From NCBI GenBank assembly GCA_964016885.1, contig OZ024743.1, forward strand, positions 186,868,001 to 186,932,000: a stretch of DNA of 64,000 nucleotides. The letters run 5' to 3'. The notes beneath the pieces were generated by a model. It made no database searches, had not been told where the DNA came from, and worked only from the letters and a program-made list of their open reading frames with translations. Shown here piece after piece: positions 57,789-64,000 of this stretch. Every line of letters begins with the position of its first letter. The stretch's first letter is position 1. Source of the DNA: Eledone cirrhosa. Taxonomy: Eukaryota. Made by a program: the position numbers and the translations under genes.

Positions 57789-57912
57789 CGGTTTCAACAC
57801 ACGATTTCAGATAAAGAATCTTGCTAAACAAATTCAGAAACGATATATATATATATATATTTTCCCAAACAGACGTGTAATTTTGAATTGTTGTTATTAT
57901 CAATAAATATAT

Positions 57913-58066
57913 TTCATTATTTCTGAAGACGGCATATATATGAGTTGGTATGTATATTTAATTTTGATAGTTTGTATAATTTTGTATAATTTTGTACATA
58001 GATCTGTTAAATATACATGCCAATTCTAACACATATATATCCCAGAAACGATCGTTAAATAATGAA
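57913..58066 (+). ncRNA. Type I hammerhead ribozyme with very long stem II
   Basis: ttcattattt/aaataatgaa 10-bp stem I; CTGAAGA 57923-29; GAAA 58045-48; palindromic acgatcgt stem III; GTT site. Confidence 0.75.
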
Positions 58067-58182
58067 CTTTTTTTGTTTAATATAAGGAACTGTTTCATTG
58101 TTTTATTCATTATTTTTTTAATATTTTATATATATATATAAACATATATATATATATATAAACATATATATATATATATATA

Positions 58183-58288
<106 letters not shown>

Positions 58289-58336
58289 ATATATATATAT
58301 ATATATATATATATAAACATATATATATATATATAT

Positions 58337-58429
58337 ATAGGAACAAGTAAGACCCCGACGGCTGAGCTCAAGCCGTTTCGACGGCTAATTCAGTACAGAA
58401 TTAGCCGTCGAGGTCTTACTTGTTCCTAT
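58337..58429 (-). ncRNA. Hammerhead lacking CUGANGA, at a head-to-head junction; same family as 32262
   Basis: gacggctaattc/gaattagccgtc stem II, GAAA, acggct/agccgt stem III, GTC; outer 18-bp inverted arms. Confidence 0.75.
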
Positions 58430-58639
58430 TACCCACTCTACTACCCTAAGTATTGAGTACTTTGGTGCGTTATGGTCCACCTGGTTCATTACCACATTTC
58501 TTTCATTATATATATATATATATATATATATATACAAGTAAGATGAGGTCATTCTGACCATGACAACCCGAAAATCCATCAAGCCCATGCCAACATGTAA
58601 AGCGGATGTAAAATGACGATGATGATGATGACTGCTATG

Positions 58640-59030
58640 TCTAGATTATACTTATTTAAGACCTTTGATACAAGAGATGTTTTCCTTTCTAGTGCGTCTG
58701 TGCTATCCTTGAAGGGTTTGGGTATTCCAAGAACCAAAATTTTATGAGAGTTTTGTCTTTGTCTATGTGTTTCGACTGCATAGTGGATAACCAGTTAACC
58801 ACAATAAATATCTTTATGGGCATGCAATTTTTTTAGGGCTCCTTTTCTCATCTCCCAATTAAGGGAAAGCAATGTTTTGTCAAAACCGACCTGATTTTTC
58901 ACCAAGCATAGAAGAAGAGCAACTCAATTGCCCATAGATGGACATCACTTGCTGAGCTACCAGCTGTGCAGAATATCAACTAAGCACAAACAGTAGTATC
59001 CTCTAACTATTCCAGTTACTGTACCCCACA
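58640..59030 (-). mobile_element. RTE-BovB-like 5' region / endonuclease N-terminus remnant
   Basis: GSWNTQTL..DSTDALERKTSLVSKVLNKYNLDI (frameshifted). Confidence 0.6.
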
Positions 59031-59072
59031 CCACATATATATATATACATAAACGCATACATACATACATAC

Positions 59073-59103
<31 letters not shown>

Positions 59104-59141
59104 CATAAACGCATACATACATATATATATATACATAAAGG

Positions 59142-59191
<50 letters not shown>

Positions 59192-59353
59192 AAGGCATAC
59201 ATTCATATATATATATATATATACATAAACACATACATACATATATATATATGTATGCGTTTATGTATATATATATACATGTGGTTCTGTCTTTGCGCGT
59301 AATTGTTTTTCACCGCTCCTATTAATGACGTATTATTCGTTTTTTCCCGTTCT

Positions 59354-59412
59354 TTGCCAGCGAACGTTTCCACGAACCAATGTATCGTCTTCCTGTCTTC
59401 CTCCGGTTGCAA
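59354..59412 (-). ncRNA. Degenerate hammerhead-like motif
   Basis: ttgcaa c CGGAGGA agac(aggaagac)ga..tcgtg GAAA cgttcgc tggcaa. Confidence 0.4.
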
Positions 59413-59636
59413 CGTTTTTTGAAATATCCAGTTCTGGATTTACAGATTGACTTTGTTAATTTCAGAAGATCCCGTTAAGGGTGAAAGCAGCGAATCTTTG
59501 CTTAAACTTTAATCTGTTATTTTAATAAATATTTGCTCTACGGTTCTTATATATTTGATATATATTTTCCTTATCGAGCCCTCTTTGGATTTTAGTCTTC
59601 AATTTTATTATTATTACATATATATATACATAAATG

Positions 59637-59722
<86 letters not shown>

Positions 59723-59723
<1 letters not shown>

Positions 59724-60061
59724 GAGGCAAATGGCTTAGTGGTTAGAGCATTGGCCTTGCAATCGAAAGGTTGTAAGTTCAATTCTCAGCAGACCGGGTG
59801 ATGTGTTGTTTCCTTGAGCAAGACACTTTATTTCACATTGCTCCAGTTTACTCAGCTGTAGAAATGAGATGATAGGGACTGGGGTCCATATCATTCCACT
59901 GCAAAGTGGTCGTGGAGGTGCCACGGAAAAAAAACACCCACCACTCACTGTAAATGAGGTTGGTGTTAGGAAGGGCGTCCAGCTGTAGAAATCAAGCCAG
60001 AATCAGTTCCCGTCCCACCCTTGCAAGCAGGGAAAAGCGGACGTAAAATGATGATAATGAT
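59723..60061 (+). mobile_element. SINE family B copy, full length
   Basis: tRNA head, CORE-like domain, RTE-type tail. Confidence 0.9.
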
Positions 60062-60081
60062 ATATAAATATATATATATAA

Positions 60082-60127
<46 letters not shown>

Positions 60128-60379
60128 GGGGTGTTTTTCAGGATGATCTTGATAAAAAGTTGAGTAAATCTCCTAGAAAAGTGGTAATGGCTTGTGTGGG
60201 ACAATTGACACTTTTTGGTTCTGTTGATAGCAACAGATAGTGCAAATATGCTGAACAACAGACCTCATGCTTTTTGTTATGATGTGAGATATTGCATCAC
60301 AGACACTCGTATTTTAATTCCATGATCCCACATATACACACAGACACACATATGCATGCATCTATCCATCCATCTATTA

Positions 60380-60563
60380 CGGTGGATTGGCAGTATCAGT
60401 AGAGAGTCGGACGCCATGCTTTCCAGCATAGTTACGTCCCTTTACGGTCTGAGTTCAAATCCCGCCGAGGTTGACTTTGCCTTTCATCCTTACGGGGTCA
60501 ATAAAATAAAGTACCAGTAATGCACTGAGTAATTACTGGCCTTGTGCCAAAAGTAGAAACAAT
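60380..60563 (+). mobile_element. SINE family A copy
   Basis: Homology to other copies. Confidence 0.88.
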
Positions 60564-60920
60564 TATTTTCCAGTTTTGTGCAGGCATACAAACACACACA
60601 CATATAATATATGCATATTAAATAAATAAAAATAAATTTAAAAGAAGAAAACGAAGTTAAAACAAGAAAAGTTAATAAAAAATAAAAAATAAAAAGTATA
60701 TATAAAAATATATACATATGTACAAAGAATTGGATGGCTGTTGACTCTCTTGAGTTCCTTCACCCTATTGACGGGTTTTGTTTTTCATCCTGTAGGGTGT
60801 CCAAAAACCACCCTCCTCACCAAGCAAACTTGATAGAGTTGCTGGTTTAGTTGCCAATGACCCAACCATATGGAAGGTTGTATTTGGTTATATGTTACCA
60901 GTAGCCCTTGAGAGTGACGT

Positions 60921-61008
<88 letters not shown>

Positions 61009-61500
61009 CAAATTTTGAATTTGACCGCCAAAACCACGTGACTACTGGCCATGTTTACTGCTAATATTCACAACCAGAATGGACTAGAACGAAAACTTGT
61101 TGATGAAGTAAATTCCACTGTTCTATCTTCTAAAACCAATAACTTGCAGGCCCCTGCAAGTGGATTTTGTTGATTTCGGATTTACAGAAACCTAGCGGAG
61201 ATATTGTATAATATCAACATGATGGACCAGGTTTGTCATATTTTCCTGAGTCACTTTTTTCGTTGCTTTGGTCACTGCAGCTCGCTTATTCAATTTTCAA
61301 AGCTGTCTAAACGTAATGTTATAACTGTAAGGTAATATACCTTATTGAGTGGTTAGCTGCACATTCCGATTGCATTCGTTAGCTTAGCTGCAGCCAGAGC
61401 TTCGATTATGCTGTACTAACTTTTGTGTATATATATATATATGTACAATACATACATCTATGTATGGAGCTGTAACTACTGATGGAGTCTTTTGGGTGCC

Positions 61501-61564
<64 letters not shown>

Positions 61565-62539
61565 GAGAGAACATATCTTATCAGAATAAGAAAGAAGCTG
61601 TAAATTCTAAAATAGTAAAATTGACAATAAATTTTAAACATTAAACTGTGTATACATGTGTAGTTGGCCCTGTATGTGTGTGTGTTTCTTTGTTTGTTGG
61701 TGTGTGTATTTGTGCGTGTTTCTACATATTAAAGAGGTACTCAGATGCTTACAGATAGTGAAAATGTATTTGTTCAAGTAAAATAGAGTGGATGAACATT
61801 CAGAGTTAAATGGTAATCAATTTGAATTCAACTAAAAACTAAGAAGCTTGTTTACCATTAGCTATAGTCAAGAGAAAAGTGTGGTTTGTAGTAGCTCTAC
61901 TTTTAGAGCAAGGTATGTCATTTATCAATTTGAGATACTCAGAGACTAATTTGAAAAGTTATCTTGTCGAAAAAACCAAAAAAACTATCAACCGAGACAA
62001 AGATTCTCTAATATAAGTGTCACCAAGAAATTTCTTCCTATATCTCATTGACTTGCTCTCCTTCGTGTACAATTTAACTGCAATATAACTGCAATTTAGC
62101 TGCCATGTAAAGTTAAATTTTATATTTATAAACTGAACTTTACGTCTGGTTTCCTTTTGCTATCAAATACATCTGTCACCTGAAAGGACATTGAATGTTT
62201 TTTATACCAGTATTATATTTGACAATAGTCTGGTAAAAACTTCTTTTAGCTCTGCAATATGTTGTTTTGTGTTGCTAATAAAAGATAATCATTGGATATA
62301 TAAAATAGAACTTCAAACATTCAATAAGCAATAACACAAAATTAAGCTCTTAAAAAAGGTAGTCTACACCTGATGCTTCAATTTAACTGATTGAAAAATA
62401 GAAAACCTATTTGAAGATAATGACTGGTTGAAATTTGAAAAAGGAGGAACCCATAAAGTAATAGAAACTTCTAATGAATAGGTACCAACACATACTCTTA
62501 ATGCATATACTTGGTACAAAACTATGAACTAAGAGCTGG

Positions 62540-62985
62540 CTGTATGATGGCTGTGTTTGAAGTGCAATGTTGCATGGAGGTGGAACATGGGTAGTAAATG
62601 CAGAGGATATGGAAAGGCTGGAGAGAAATGAATGGAGTGTGCTTCAATGGATGTGTGATGTTAATATGCATGGATGGGTTAAGAGAAAATCTAGGTATAA
62701 GAGGAATTAAATGTAATGTACAAGAGAGAAGACTGCACTGGTATGGACATATGATGAGTATAAATGATGATTGTTGGATAAAGAAGCATTAGGAGTTCCT
62801 AGTGGAAGAAAGCTGCAGTAGAGAATGGCCAAGAAGACCTGGGCAGAAGTGGTAAGAGAGGCTCTCAAATCATTGAACCTGACAGAAGAAATAATGAAAG
62901 AATCTAGACGGTAGAGGGAAGCTGTGCTAGAAAAGACCCATCCAACCTATTGCAAGCATGGAAAAGCAGATGTTGATGATAATGA
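62540..62985 (+). mobile_element. Degraded RTE 3' end
   Basis: GIRGIKCNVQERRLHWYGHMM; tgcaagcatggaaaagcaga..gatgat tail. Confidence 0.85.
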
Positions 62986-63635
62986 ATGACTTTCCATTGA
63001 TCCCATTTCTGAGACTGTTTAAACATGCCATTTTATTTCAAATTAATACTTTTTGTAGCTGTTATTAAGTGTTTTTTTTATTATCAATCTTTTCGTTACT
63101 AAACAAATAGCCAAGGGAAGTAACTCAAATGGACCGGTAGCATTAATTTAAGTAATTCAGATAGGTATATAGAATGATGTATGCAAAAAGTTGTAAATAA
63201 TGGAAAATAAAATGCCTAGTAGCAATTGTTAGTGATTTTTAAAGAAAAGGGTAGATAATTCCAGAGAAAACTCAATTATCATGCATAGTGGAGAAATTGA
63301 TTTTTTGTTATAAGCAAGGTGACAGTTAGGGACATATTTCAGTCTTATTAAACCTTGTCAGTTGAGTCTGCTTTGATCAGTAGACAGAGCTTTTACAATT
63401 TTTCATTACATTCAATTCTTGCCTTTTTAATTATAATATTCTTTCTCTGGTTGATTTCTCAAAACGATATGGTCATCTAGCACAGAATATTTCTCTTCAG
63501 TCACACAGATTAAATTATTTACTATGTTGAAAAGTCAGTTTATTTTAACATATGTTACATTAACAGGTAATTCTAATCAATCTAGCCAAATACCCAAAAC
63601 AAATTTAATGAAAAGAATGTATAAGTTTCAAATAA

Positions 63636-63816
63636 TGATTTCTACTATAGGCACAAGGCCCCAGTACATTACTGGGTACTTTATTTTATCGACTTCATAA
63701 GGATGACAGGCAAAGTTAACCTTCGCGGGGATTTGAACTCAGACCATAAAGGGCTGTAACTCTATGCTGAAAAGCATGGTATCCGACGCTCTACCGATTC
63801 TGCCAATCCACTGCCC
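63636..63816 (-). mobile_element. SINE family A copy with 19-bp TSD
   Basis: tataagtttcaaataatga at 63620 and 63817. Confidence 0.9.
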
Positions 63817-64000
63817 TATAAGTTTCAAATAATGACAGAGTGAATATTTCTTGGAGGAACATAAAAAAATATAAAAAACATTTTGAAAATTTTCTTGAAA
63901 GCTATAGTAATATAAGTAGTATTGTTAAAGTGCAAAATATCTTATGCACTATTATATGTACACAAAATCATATAAAAGGTTTTATTCTCTTAAGTCTTAT

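Noticed and set aside
59723-59795. tRNA-Ala-like gene
   Set aside because: SINE head; acceptor stem not closed and it continues into the SINE body

Overview
AT-rich, repeat-saturated eukaryotic DNA, most likely cephalopod (Octopus-like; inferred from RTE LINEs with (GAT)n tails, two tRNA-derived SINE families and very long TA microsatellites). No host protein-coding gene can be confidently called, and most ORF-track entries are microsatellite artefacts. The window holds six copies of one young RTE LINE whose ORF2 carries a PHD-type zinc finger C-terminal to the RT core, older RTE, BovB, R4, CRE and L1/Tx1 remnants, Helitrons and a solo LTR. Most notable are about a dozen hammerhead-ribozyme-like (HHR) motifs read directly from the sequence. 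Several lie downstream of Penelope-like GIY-YIG remnants, one has an octamer/CCAAT/TATA promoter-like unit in front of it, one has a ~115-nt stem II, and two sit at the centre of head-to-head inversions. All structures were paired by eye and most coordinates are approximate.
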